From Octopus sinensis (Eukaryota), in assembly GCF_006345805.1 (NCBI RefSeq), contig NC_042997.1, positions 124,868,001 to 124,932,000 on the forward strand: 64,000 nt of DNA. Direction: 5' to 3'. Positions 1 through 12,752 of this stretch are shown here, in pieces (position 1 is the first letter of the stretch; each line of letters begins with the position of its first letter). A program made the translations under genes and the position numbers. A model generated the notes under the pieces. That model was not told the DNA's origin and did not search any database. It saw only the letters and a program-made list of their open reading frames with translations.

Positions 1-16
1 ATAAATGTAAACGACT

Positions 17-71
17 CACTCCTCCCCTTTCTCTCTCTGTCTCTCACTCTCTTTCTCTGTCTCTCTCCCTT

Positions 72-170
<99 letters not shown>
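17..170. repeat. (CT)n microsatellite
   Basis: Near-pure CT dinucleotide run. Confidence 0.95.
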
Positions 171-581
171 GTATATATTCAAAACCGTAAAAAATAGTAC
201 AAAGTGTGTAGTAACAACTGTCCATACGAACGTGACTCTACATGAGAAATGTTTATACGGAGAAATCATACATTAAGTCATGGTAAAACACGCGCCTTAA
301 TATTTATAAGCTTTCCTATGTTTCTGCGTTTGCCTAATCACTTTACATTCCAAATATGACAATTCAAATGATTGCCAAAGTTTCACTCACAAACAACTTC
401 GTTTGGCTTGTTTTTAAAAGCTCATTTAAACTTATTGAAATGACAACAATTCTTTCTCACTCAAACAATGTTTACAACGCAGACTTGAGAGAAAACTATC
501 ATGTAGAGAAGGAACAGCATGATGACGAATAGACAAAGAAGAATTTTCATTAAAAAATCTTGATATTCAAGAAGACAGATG

Positions 582-1373
582 TATTGGTTTGTCCGGAAAG
601 TTCGTGCTGATTTTTAGAGGAAAGAAAATGGTCAATAAATACTTGAACCATTTTGTTGCACAATGCATCTCCTTCTTTCCTTTAACTCGAAAATACCTAT
701 TTCTTTACTACCTACAAGGGGCTAAACACAGAGAGGACAAACAAAGACGGACAAACGGATTAAGTCGATTATATCGACCCCAGTGCGTAACAGGTTCTTA
801 ATTTATCGACCCCGAAAGGATGAAAGGCAAAGTCGACCTCAGCGGACTTTGAACTCAGAACGTAACGGCAGACGAAATACCGCTACGCATTTCGCCCGGT
901 GTGCTAACGTTTCTGCCAGCTCGTCGCCTTATTAACTTGAAAATACCCTCTTTCCAGAATTGAGCTAGATTCATAGCAAAGTATTCATCAAGGTTTCTTT
1001 TTACGTCATCCAAGAATTTGAAATTTTTACCATTAAGACTATTTTGTAGAGACCTAAATAAGTCGAAATCTGAAGGAGCAATATCTGGTGAATATGGAGG
1101 GTGGGGTACAATACCCCAGCCGAGCTGCAGCAATTTTTGTCTGGTTCCCAAAGCATCAAGGGCCGAAAAGGAACTTTCTTATCTTCCATTTTAAAGGGTT
1201 ACAGAATTAACATGGGTTATAAGAACATAAATATTCTTCCACGAAAAGATAGTTTAAACTGTCCTCTAAATGGAGGTGTAGTCAAATCCTATTTTATGGA
1301 CTTAACCATGTTCTAAAATAAGTCGAAAGGCAAGCTACTATAAATCGGCACGAACTTTCCAGACAACCCAATA
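582..1373 (-). mobile_element. Internally deleted mariner transposon
   Basis: TIRs TATTGG(T/G)TTGTC(C/T)GGAAAGTTCG at both ends with TA flanks. ORF 855-1151 gives HPPYSPDIAPSDFDLFRSLQNSL, the third-D motif of the mariner DD34D transposase. Confidence 0.92.
698..931 (-). mobile_element. tRNA-derived SINE, family A (tail i), inserted in the mariner
   Basis: Matches copies at 1564, 42011 and 60582. 16-bp TSD TTAACT(C/T)GAAAATACC at 682-697 and 932-947. Confidence 0.9.
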
Positions 1374-1563
1374 TAAGTAATTTACTTTAAGCTTTCTTAA
1401 ATATATGTGGTTGTGTGGTAAGACGCTTGTTTCTCAACCGCATGGTCCAGAGTGCAGTCACAGTGCGTAGCACTTTAATCAAGTGTCTTCTGCTAAGGTT
1501 TGGCCAGACCAGAGCCTTGTGAGTGGATTTGGTAGACGGAAACTGAAAGAAGCTCTGAAAGAT

Positions 1564-1976
1564 AAGGCGATGAGCTGGCAGAAACGTTAGCATGCCGGGC
1601 GAAAGGCTTAGCGGTATTTCGTCTGCCGCTACGTTCTGAGTTCAAATTCCGCCGAGGTTGACTTTGCCTTTCATCCTTTCGGGGTCGATAAATTAAGTAA
1701 CAGATACGCACTGGGGTCGATGTAATCGACTTAATCCGTTTGTCTGTCCTTGTTTGTCCCTTCTGTGTTTAGCCCCTTGTGGGTAGTAAAGAAATAGGTA
1801 TTTCGTCTGCCGATCTGAGTTCAAATTCCGTCGAGGTTGAATTTGCCTATCATCCTTTCGGGTTCGATAAATTAATCACCAGTTACACACTGAGGGCGAT
1901 GTAGTCGACTTCATCCCTTTGTCTGTCCTTGTTTGTCCCCCTCTGTGTTTAGCCCCCTGTGGGCAATAAAGAAATA
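1564..1976 (+). mobile_element. Family A SINE head-to-tail dimer
   Basis: Head plus unit, then a second unit starting GGTATTTCGTC at 1797. 15-bp TSD GGA(A/C)ACTGAAAGAAG at 1538-1552 and 1977-1991. Confidence 0.88.
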
Positions 1977-2216
1977 GGACACTGAAAGAAGTTCATCGCA
2001 TAAATACAGGTGTGTGTGCGCGCGTGCGTGTGTGTTTGTCCCTACCACCGCTTGATATGTTTAAGTCCCTGTAACGTAGAGATTCGGCAAAATGAGACCG
2101 ATAGAATAAGTGCCCGGCTTAACAAAAGTTAAGTACTGGGATCGATTCATTCGCCCCAAAATCCTCGAAGGCGGTGGCCCAAAATGGCTGTAGTCTAGTA
2201 TCTGAACCAAGTAAAA

Positions 2217-2414
2217 CAATGGTTCCCAAAGTGGGTAGTATTTCCCCCTTAGGGGCAGTGGAAAGTGGAGCGATAATGGAGTAGCATTCAAATATAAACA
2301 ATAAAATAATGGGTTCATTAGTTTAAGTTTATGCTGGTTAATTTGGGTGGGTGCGCCAGGAATGAGGCCTGGGTATCAAGGGACTCGCGGCCCGAAAATA
2401 TTTGGGAACCACTG
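2217..2414. mobile_element. hAT (Charlie-type) MITE
   Basis: TIRs CA(A/G)TGGTTCCCAAA and a perfect 8-bp TSD AAGTAAAA (2209-2216, 2415-2422), diagnostic of hAT. Confidence 0.88.
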
Positions 2415-2823
2415 AAGTAAAAGATAGCGCTAAAATTAAATTCTAGAGTAGTTCCCTATCAGGCCAATATAAATCAAAAGGGCGGGCAAGTGTTACTGTT
2501 GGGTTCAGTTGGACATTAGCAGTATAAGCTAAAGTGTTCAAAGGACAATTACCATCACGAGAGCTATATCTTTGGTGAGATTAAGGCAATCGTAAAAAAA
2601 GGAAGAATTCGTATGATTGTTTTAGGATTGGGTTTCTGGGATTAAAAGCGTTGATAGAACCATCAAAATCTTTAAAACATTTGTAATTTATTTTCGGTGA
2701 ACTCCGAACAAAAAAACGTTAGGATGTCATTGATATATTGGAGAATAGGAAGAAATTAAGTCTCAGAAGTATCGAGCAATTTTCCTGAGGTCAGTTAGAT
2801 ACTGACTTGGGTACACAAGTAAC

Positions 2824-2894
<71 letters not shown>

Positions 2895-3262
2895 GGTGGT
2901 GGTGGTGGTTGTGGTGGTAGTGGTGGTGGTGGTGGTGGTGGTAGTGGTGATGGAGATAGTGTTGGTGGTGATGGTCGTAGTAGTGGTAGCAGCAGCAGCA
3001 GTAGTGGTAGTAGTAGTAGTAATAGTAGTCGTAATAGTTGTAGTGGTGGTGGTGGTAGTGGTAGTAGTTATAGTAGTAATAGTAGTACTAGTAATTGTAA
3101 TGATGGTAGTAATAGTAGTAGTAGTAGTAGTAGTAGTAGTGATGGTGGTGGTAGTAGTAGTAGCAGCAGCAGCAGGTGTAGTAGCAGTAGTAGTAGTAGT
3201 GGTGGGGAGGTGCTGGTTGTGGTGGCAGTAGTAGTAGTGGTGGTGTGGTAGTGGTGGTGGTG

Positions 3263-3304
<42 letters not shown>

Positions 3305-3310
3305 ATAGCT
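2824..3310. repeat. Compound (TAG)n/(GGT)n/(GCA)n microsatellite
   Basis: Trinucleotide runs. Source of the poly-T/V/L ORFs. Confidence 0.9.
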
Positions 3311-3544
3311 TGTAGTAGTTTATTTGGTTTGACTGTAAAACTAACTGTATAAAATTATACCGGAGCATAAATATTGCAGCTGAAACGCTGCGTTGGTAGA
3401 CGAAGCTGTTTTTCTTTTCGAATATTCCTTTTCAAAAGAAACTGCAAAACGAAAAGAAAAGAACAGAAAAAAGAATTTTAAATAATAACATTGAAAACAC
3501 ATAAAAAAAGAGAAAAATATGGACTAGAAACGAATTGAAGCAAT

Positions 3545-3939
3545 TGTGTGTGTGTGTGGTGTGTGTGTGTGTGTTTGTGTGTGTCTGTGTCTGTGTGTGA
3601 GTATGTGTGTGTACGTATGTAAGTATGTATATATATATATATATGTATGTGTATATATATACATATATGTATATATATATATATATATATAATATATATA
3701 TATATATATTATATATATATATAAGTATGTATATTATATATATAAGTATGTATATATATATATGTATATGTATATATATGTGTATATATATACATGCATA
3801 TATATATATATATATATATATATGTCACAGGTGAATATGTTTTAAATCTGAAAGGTTAGAAAACGTATGTATATATATATGTATGTGTGTATATATATAT
3901 ATATGAATATATATACACATATATATATGTATATATGTA

Positions 3940-3992
<53 letters not shown>

Positions 3993-4075
3993 CATATATA
4001 TATATGTATGTGTGTGTATATATATATATATATATATGAATATATATACACATATATATATGTATATATATGTAT

Positions 4076-4135
<60 letters not shown>

Positions 4136-4265
4136 AGGAGAGAGAGATGTATATATGTTATATATATATATAAGTATGTATATATATATGTATATGTATA
4201 TATATATGTATATATTATATATATATATATACATATATATGTATATATATATATATATGTATATG

Positions 4266-4297
<32 letters not shown>

Positions 4298-4308
4298 TGT
4301 ATATATAA

Positions 4309-4345
<37 letters not shown>
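3545..4345. repeat. (TG)n/(TA)n/(TATG)n microsatellite field
   Basis: Direct reading. Confidence 0.9.
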
Positions 4346-4346
<1 letters not shown>

Positions 4347-4899
4347 GGGGAAAGAAGCTAAGTGGAGTTCATTTAGCACTGTCGCCTTTATGTCGAATAA
4401 AACAAAATAAATCGAAACGAAATAAATATATAAAACCATAATATGCCAAAGCATTTTCTAGTGATCTAAAATTGCTTCTTAAATCAGACAAGTGTGAGCT
4501 AAGCTGTATGCCGATACATTTTCTTTCATGCTGTGTGTTATGGATCAGACAATTCTTAACATTTATCAAGCTAACAACAGAATGCTATTAAGTCACCCGC
4601 ATGTGAACTAACAACCACTTTGACTATAGCTATGTTTTAAGAAACTTTCGAAGAAATTTTAAGCGAGGATATAACTGCTTCATATAACAGTTTCATACTC
4701 AGGCGGTGTTGCCAAAACGACTGGTGTAAATGCACCAAATTTAATTCTACTTGAGAATTATGTGATTTAAACTTGTAAACATGATATTTATGGATATTGA
4801 TCTTCTATTTTAATATTTTTTGTCTCTTCTTTTGTGCATCAGTAGTTTCAAAAATATACATGCATGGATATATGGATACAATATATATATTATATATAT

Positions 4900-4979
<80 letters not shown>

Positions 4980-5041
4980 GTATGTACGTCAGTGTAAGTA
5001 CATATATATATGTATACATATATATAATATATATAAATATG

Positions 5042-5103
<62 letters not shown>

Positions 5104-5838
5104 TGAGAAAGTTGGTATGTATGTATGTATGTATGTATGTATGCAGCGTATTTATTATACTTAAAAGCATATATATACACATATTCAAAATTGCAGCAAG
5201 TAAGAGACATTATTTCGTTGTTTCCGGTCACTTGTTATTTATTCTAATTCTGGAGAATTATACTTTAAAATGATGGCTGTCAACGTTTCTGATAAATCGA
5301 AGATTGTCTGATCTGTTCGCCTCTAAATACTATTGGGTCATTTCTGGAAAAACGAGATATTCGTTCGTACTTCGACATAAGTCTTTATCTACGTCTGCCA
5401 TGGAGAATAGTTCTCTCCTATCGCATTTCTGTCTTTGCTGTCTCCATATATGCTTGTATTTGTGATTTCGTTGTTTTGTTGTTTTACTGAGATTAAACCC
5501 GCTCCCCGCCCTAGATATATCACAACAAGTAATGTTCCATAATACAGTGATTGTATCCTGTAATCGATAATCTCTGGCAGCTACTTAATCTCAAGTGATG
5601 CATTAGAACAATAAATCAGTATTTACAGGCAAAGCCTTGGCTGGAAGTATTTCCTAAATAACAATTACGATAATGATACTTATGATAGATGGCGCATGTG
5701 GTGGGAAACAACTAAGTGATGGCTGAGATGTACAACAGCCGCATGATTTTTAATAAACGATATTCTTCGGAGAAAAAATATTCAGTAAATCAAAACAATA
5801 ATCCGGTTTCGATTTCCTTTTAAAATAATTTCATATAC

Positions 5839-6095
5839 ATTCTGTTGTGTCTGGGGAAAGTCATTTTCTTTTTGTGCCTTATAATTTAACACACTCACCG
5901 GTAAAATTTCCACTTATTTTCCTAAAATTTTCATTGCGTGTTACAGAAACTAAAAAATAAGAAATAAGTGGAAACTTTACCGGTGAGTGTGTTAAATAAT
6001 AAGGCACAAAAAGAAAATGACTCTCCCCAGACACAACAGAATATGCTTCAACACACGAACTCATATAAAGAATCTTGCAAACCAAATCCAAAAAC
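5839..6095. mobile_element. Palindromic foldback/MITE-like element (truncated copy)
   Basis: About 80-bp inverted arms (5839-5920 vs 5960-6042). Same family as 35930-36386. Confidence 0.75.
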
Positions 6096-6119
6096 TTCAT
6101 ATGCATTGCTTATTTTCGT

Positions 6120-6580
6120 AGATTGGCAAGACGGCGTGTTGGCAGACTCATTAGCACCCCGGCCGAAACTTTTAGCGGCATTTCCTCAGCTTTCACGTTC
6201 TGAATCTAAATTCCACCGAGGTCGACTTTGCCTTTCATACTTTCCGACTTGATATCATATGTGCCAGTTGGATATGGGGTGTCGCTATAATAGACTTACA
6301 CTTCCCTGGAAATTGCTGGCCTTGTGCTAAATATTGAAGCTAATTTTCTTAGATTGGCAAGGAGGCGAGCGAGCAGAATCGACAACCCACCGGACAAAAT
6401 GCGTTATGGCATTTCTTCCGACTTCACACATAAAGTCAAATTCTCTGGATGTCATCTTTGCCTTTCATCCTATTGGGATCGATTGCACAAGAACCAGCTG
6501 GATACTGGAGTTGATGTAATTGATTTATCTTTTCCTGCGAAATTGCTGGCCTTGTGCCAAAATTTGAAACCAATTTTGTT
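6120..6580 (+). mobile_element. Two adjacent family A SINEs (tail ii)
   Basis: Family A head, core resembling GCCTTTCATCC..GGGGTCGAT, and tail AAATTGCTGGCCTTGTG(C)..AAAT in both copies. Confidence 0.75.
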
Positions 6581-6929
6581 AGAATGGCTAATTAATAAGA
6601 GCCTAGAATATAATGCGATGCGGTATCTTGTTGCAGGTTTTAACGTTCTGGGTTCAAAACACTTCGAGATCAACGTCTCTTTTCATCCACCGCAAGGCGA
6701 TAAAATTCAAGTAATGTGATCGATGTAATCAACTATTCCTTTATCTCATAAAACAAATCAGTTTTCATTTGTGTGCCTCGAATAACAAAACTGTTCACTT
6801 TTCTCTAGATTTGTTGCGTATATAATAGATAATCTCTGAAATGAAGTCTGTTTGACAAGTAAATGCAACAACTGGTGTCAGCAACGAGTCCTAATTTTAG
6901 CCGAAGGCCATTAGTTTTAAAATGAGGGA

Positions 6930-7330
6930 CATGCCGGTTAGATCGCCCCTAGTACTTGATTAGTACTTATTTCGTCGATTCCGAAGGAATGAAAGGCAAA
7001 GTGCACCTTGGAGGAATATGAAGTAAGAATGTAAAGAGCAAATGGAAGGCATTTAGGCAGTTTATCCGACGTACTCAATATTTTGCCCGCTCGCTGACAT
7101 ATTTGGTATCAATAATTTTATCTAATTTTAGAATAAGGTCAGAAATTTTGAGGATAAAAGTAGGGCGATTATATCGACTCCAGTATTTGGTACTTAATTT
7201 ATCGACCACGAAATGATGGAAGGCAAGGTTGACCTCAGCAGAACTTCGACTCAGAAACTAAAAGGCAGATGAAAGGCTGCTAGGCATTTTTATCCGACCT
7301 GCAAATGATTCTGCCAGCTCACCGCATTAT
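6930..7330 (-). mobile_element. Degenerate family A SINE copies
   Basis: Reverse-strand GAAAGGCAAAGT..ACCT..GG..AATTTGAACTCAGAA-like motifs. Confidence 0.6.
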
Positions 7331-7849
7331 CTAGCATCAATAATGAAAATTATTCCAGTCGAAATCGGAAAACTAATTTTACTGATGTTATTAATAAAAT
7401 GATGCATTTACAGTAAACGGAATATAATTAAATATTAGTGATAGTATTATTAACATTCTGATGTGGTAGCCAACAGCAGTAGTTTAGCTAATAAGCTCTT
7501 GAAATTTTTACATTTCCCATGAATAACTAATCGCTAATAAATATTGTACGCACTGTCTTTGAAATGAGACGTGAACAATAGCTTAGTTAGGTTTATAGAA
7601 TTCCGATAAGAACCACGATGTTTTAACTAACATGTGTACGTATTTTATACATACATACATACATACATGCATACACACACACACACACACAGGTATATAT
7701 ATATATGTATATATATATATATGTGTGTGTGTGTGTATACTAAATATATATATATATATATATACAACACACACACACACACACTCACATATATATATAT
7801 ATACTACATATGTGGAAAATCGGCGTGTGTTTGTGGCGTTGTTAGCTAA

Positions 7850-8112
7850 CTCATCCTACATCGTTTTATTCATTATGATGAAACTTGACACGTGACTAGA
7901 ACTCATGTCGGGAAACCTCGAGACATACTTAGATTGCTGATAAAATCGATAGTACGGCCCCTGGAAGGGAACTTTATATCTACCTTTTCCATGACGCAAG
8001 ATACACCTTTTGTGACAGTTATAATGAAATTGCTTTCTTATATCAGAGTAATAAGGCATTTCAATAGAACATCTTTGCTCCCGCGAATTACCTGGTACAC
8101 CAGCTAGTATAT
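7850..8112 (-). mobile_element. Possible non-autonomous Helitron/HINE-like element
   Basis: Minus strand begins TATACTAGCTGGTGTACC and contains a CAAGTTTCATC core, resembling Lep1/HINE-type elements. Recognition only. Confidence 0.35.
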
Positions 8113-8142
8113 AGATACACACACACACACACACACACACAC

Positions 8143-8200
<58 letters not shown>

Positions 8201-8340
8201 ATATATATAGGCCTACTCGCTTAGCCAGCAGGGTGCCGTCATTCGAAGGCTAAAACAATGCGAACACATTCTGACCAGCGATGTGTAACTACATCTGATG
8301 GACTGGTCGGTCACGTGATATATATATATATAAATAAATA

Positions 8341-8448
<108 letters not shown>

Positions 8449-8519
8449 TTACATTATTTTATAATGTATCTGTATGTGTATACGTATGTATAATATGTGC
8501 ACATATACAAGTGTGGTGA

Positions 8520-11190
8520 TTTAGGTATGATTGACTCAAAGAAAGCAGTCGCTTATTACATATTACTGCGGATAAGAGAAATTCCAGTGCTTAGTTTCAT
8601 TTCAGAAAAATATGGAAGAGAAAATTACCGTTGAAGAACCCGCCCCCCGCCATGGAAGAAGTTGAAAACTTCTGGACAAATATCTGGAGTAATGAAAATA
8701 CTTATAATAAAAATAAGCAAACTGGGTTACACGAACAGAAGGATCCTACCAAAACGTACCAGAACAAGCATGGAAAACGTTACAATAGCAGACTTAAGGA
8801 TGACACTAACGAAGGCTCATAAGTGGAAATCTTCTGGTAATGATAGGGTGCCAAATATCTGGTTCATCTCACTCTCGTGTGCATACGAAAAGTTACTCCA
8901 GTTATTCAATGAAATTATGAGAGATCCTACGAAAACACCTGATTGGTTAGCAAGAGGTATGACTTACCTACTCCTGAAAAGTAATCAAACCAAATTTCCC
9001 CAAATGTATCGATCCGTAATATGTCTATCTACCACGTATAAAATGTTTACATCCATCCTCGTGAAGAAAACAGAAATTTATGGAATAGAGCAATATTTTC
9101 CCCGCTGAACGAAAAGGGTACCGACGAGACTTATATGAATGCAAAGACCAACTCTTAATCAGTCGCATGATTATTAAGAACTGTCATGACGAACGCAGAA
9201 ATTTCAATTTTGCATGGATTGATCATAGAAAGGTCTTCGACAGCATACCGCATCGATGTATCTTGAAATCACTGGATATCTTTAAAATATTTCCTGTGAT
9301 TTCAAAATCCCTGAAGCAGAACATATCAATGTGGAATACAAATCTCCATAAATATCAACTGCAGCATTTTCCAAGGTGACTCACTTACACCTTTACTTTT
9401 CTGCATAGCGCTAATATTCCTTACAAATGAACTCAATGGAACAGGGTATGGATATAAAATTGGCGACAAGAAAATAAGTCATCTATTTTATATGGATGAC
9501 TTAAAACACTATGGCAAAGATGATAATGCGCTTGAATGACCACTACGTACTGCGAAAGCATTCAGTGGTGACATTGGGATGCAATTTGGTCTTGATAAAT
9601 GTTCCAAGGCAACTTTCCAGAAAGGGAAACTGAAGACCTTACGTTCAGTGGAGTTGGATGTTGACACGGTTATAAAAGAACTCGAGCAGAAACAAACTCA
9701 CAAATACCTCGGAATAAATGAGGGCTTTGGCATTCAGCATGCAAGTATGAAAGAGATCAGGAAGCAGTGTTACAGGAAAGTTCGAGTAGTCTTGAAATCC
9801 GTGTTAAATGCACGTAACAAGGTGTTAGCAATAAATTCATTAGCAATTCCTGTTGTTATTTACAGTGTCAATGGGTTGAACTGGAATATGAGCGAAATAA
9901 GGAAGATTGTCAGGAAAATCTGTAAGCTGCTGACTTGCAATAAGATGCACCACCCATAGGTAGACGCACATCGTCTTTGCCTATCCAGAGCCCAATGAGA
10001 TCGAGGCTTGATCCAATTTGAAATCTCCTACAAAACTACCACAACTGAACTGGAAAATATCTTGAAACATCTAACGACTGGATGCTAAAGCTCATTGAAA
10101 ACCGTGAAAGACGTCAAACGCTAACTTCTGTTACGAAGGAGAGCAAAACTGTTCAAGTGAGTTTATGTATAATACTCAGGTTGAACAGCATGAGGGAAGT
10201 AAAACAACTGTAGTTGTGAAGGTGAAATGCGCTTGAACAATTAGCAGATAGGTGGGGACAAAAAAACCTCTGTATGGCAAATATGTGGCCCGTAGCAAAC
10301 AAGTTGATGTAGAGCAGGAGCTCAAAGCGAAAGGCAGAAAGCGAATACTTTATCTTGTCTGCACAAGATCTGATCTTATTGATACGTAACTATCAAGCCA
10401 ATGTGATGAAAAATGGTGTAGACTCAAAGTGCCGATTCTGCAATGATGGTATAGAAAGAGTGAACTGCCTAATCTCTGGTGTGAGGTTTTAGCACCTATA
10501 GAGTTCACATCAAGACATGTCAGATTTGGCCAATATCTATATTAGATAATGTGTCGACATTAATAAAATCAAAACTGCTGACAAATGGTACAAATACCAC
10601 TCTGAGGCTGTAACTGAGGGAGAAAATGTAACTATTCTTTGGGACTTCCCAGTATGTACAGACCGGACTACCAAGGCAACCAAACCAGATATTGTTGTGA
10701 AAAACCAAAACAATAAAGTTTGTTTTTTGATTGGCATGAGCATACCCTGTGACCATAATATCTCGACAAAAGAATTTTGATAAGCTCATAAGATATGAAT
10801 ATCTAATCGAAATCGAAAAGATGAGGCATCTCAAGACTGTTACCATACCAGTGGTTGTAGGAGCACTTGGAATGATCAAACTGAAAAGTATTTAAGAATA
10901 ATCCTTGGCTTACCATCCATAAAGGAAGTGTAAAAGATTGTTTTAATTGGTATGTCACACGCACTGAGAAGAGCATTGTCGTTGTGAATTTTCTTTCCTT
11001 TTCCCCCTTTAGTTTATTTATTTACTTTTTTATTTCATATTTTTTTCTTTCTGCCTTACTTTTTCTCTATCACATGACTCTGTAAATGAACTAGTGTGTT
11101 TGTTTTAATGGCCTACCAAAGTACATTTCTCTGACCTTGGTGTCAGGAAAACACTCTGCCAGAAATGGAAATAGAATTGAAAGAAGATGC
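8520..11190 (+). mobile_element. 5'-truncated, degenerate R4/Dong-like non-LTR retrotransposon (RT + CCHC + RLE endonuclease)
   Basis: Across frameshifts: KWKSSGND..PDW..G.TYLL.K...MYRSVICL, AWIDHRKVFDSIPH, IFQGDSLTPLLF, YMDDLK, FGLDKC, KYLGI, CRFC, KPDIVV...KEFDKL and TIPVVVGALG. Followed by a TAA-like tail. Confidence 0.85.
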
Positions 11191-11218
11191 TAATAAAAAT
11201 GATAATAATGATAATAAA

Positions 11219-11754
11219 TGCCCTGATGCAGATCCTAGCAGTGGCTCTAATCGTAACTGACTGGATGTGTTATCATGTATCTTGGTATAAAAGATGGGCT
11301 ACAGCAAATATACTGCTCAATACCACAGATTTGCTTGTCAGTTGCTTGACCTTAACCTGTTGAGCATCTCCCTTAGTGGCTGACAATATGTGCATCTCTG
11401 ATCACGAGCAGCAGTAGTGGGGGAGCATCATAGCCATGTGTTGAGAGGAACTCTTTGGTGTTCGGATAATTCACATTTGGTAACATGGGTACTTTGTTCA
11501 ACATCCTTAAACAACCCTTATTCAGGGTCTTTTTGAGCGGGATGGACTACTCGACCTGAAGAAAATTCTAACTTGGCCCCCAACTGTCAGTTCATGTGCT
11601 ATTTACATTGATAAGAGATAATTTTGTCGCGTACATATGGTTATGATGCATGTGCCTGATGTACCCTAATCAGATGGGTAGTCATGATGTGTATACCGGG
11701 CTTCGTATATTTTACTCCAGTGTCACTTTGATAGCATGCACTGCTATCTCACTC
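11219..11754 (-). mobile_element. About 540-bp non-coding interspersed element flanked by (TAA/ATT)n
   Basis: 11230-11450 is the reverse complement of 44625-44846. TAA arrays on both sides. The strand call assumes the 44.6-kb copy is sense. Confidence 0.7.
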
Positions 11755-11767
11755 AGTAATAATAATA

Positions 11768-11831
<64 letters not shown>
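11755..11831. repeat. (TAA)n microsatellite
   Basis: Pure run. Confidence 0.95.
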
Positions 11832-12178
11832 CTAAAACAATACATGTTGTCATAGGTGCCCTGGGAATGATAGCGAAAGGGACTGATTGCTACCTAACTC
11901 AGATACCAGGAAACCACAAAATGGCAGAAATTCAAAGGATAGTGCTCATGGGAACTGGTCATATCCTACGCAAAATACTCTCTATGTAATCCCAAGGTTT
12001 AAAACAAACCTTTTTAAATTTTTTTTTATTTTTTTTTTATGTATTAGACATTCACTAGTACAACACCAAAAAAAACCCAAAAAACCCCCCAAATATATGG
12101 CAACCTGTTGTCTCTTGAGGTCTCTGGGTGAGACTTGGAGCCAACTTGTACAGACATAAAGCAAAAGTCAAACATAGA
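11832..12178 (+). mobile_element. 3' end of an R4/Dong-like LINE embedded in (TAA)n
   Basis: Translates KTIHVVIGALGMIAKGTDCYLTQIPG..MAEIQRIVLMGTGHILRKILSM*, then a 3' UTR. TAA arrays on both sides. Confidence 0.85.
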
Positions 12179-12224
12179 TTAATAATAATAATGATGATGA
12201 TGATGATAATAATAATAATAATAG

Positions 12225-12227
12225 ATT

Positions 12228-12290
<63 letters not shown>

Positions 12291-12291
12291 G

Positions 12292-12370
<79 letters not shown>
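12225..12370. repeat. (GATA)n microsatellite
   Basis: Pure run. Confidence 0.95.
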
Positions 12371-12371
<1 letters not shown>

Positions 12372-12669
12372 CGTACTTACATACATACATACATAGATTT
12401 TATTCAATACATTCAATATAAATGATCAACATTCAAGTAAATGCAAGCAAAATTCACTAAGATGTACGATTGTTAATATTAAAGTAAATGTCACTAAGGA
12501 GTATATGATGGTTAATTCCGTTGTTACTCAGAGTTTCTGAAGACACCTACAGTCGATCGACGAGCATCGAAATTGTCTTATTCCTCAATTAATTCTCTCC
12601 CGTTGAATGCTCAAATACTGATACACGCACGGATATATGTATGCATGCATGTATGTGCGTGTATCGGTT

Positions 12670-12752
<83 letters not shown>

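Larger units (their letters stand above)
1407..2425 (+). mobile_element. tRNA-derived SINE, family B (CORE-like), interrupted by two insertions
   Basis: Homologous to 39305-39747 (-) and 41432-41790 (+). Head, CORE-like segment (ACCTTGGGCAAGTG in the other copies, degenerate here), internal microsatellite and a tail ending ...AACCAAGTAAAAG. Confidence 0.8.

Noticed and set aside
3607-5231. ORFs of [16 protein letters not shown] and poly-T/V type here and throughout the window
   Set aside because: Translations of microsatellites that lack stops by construction. No coding evidence.
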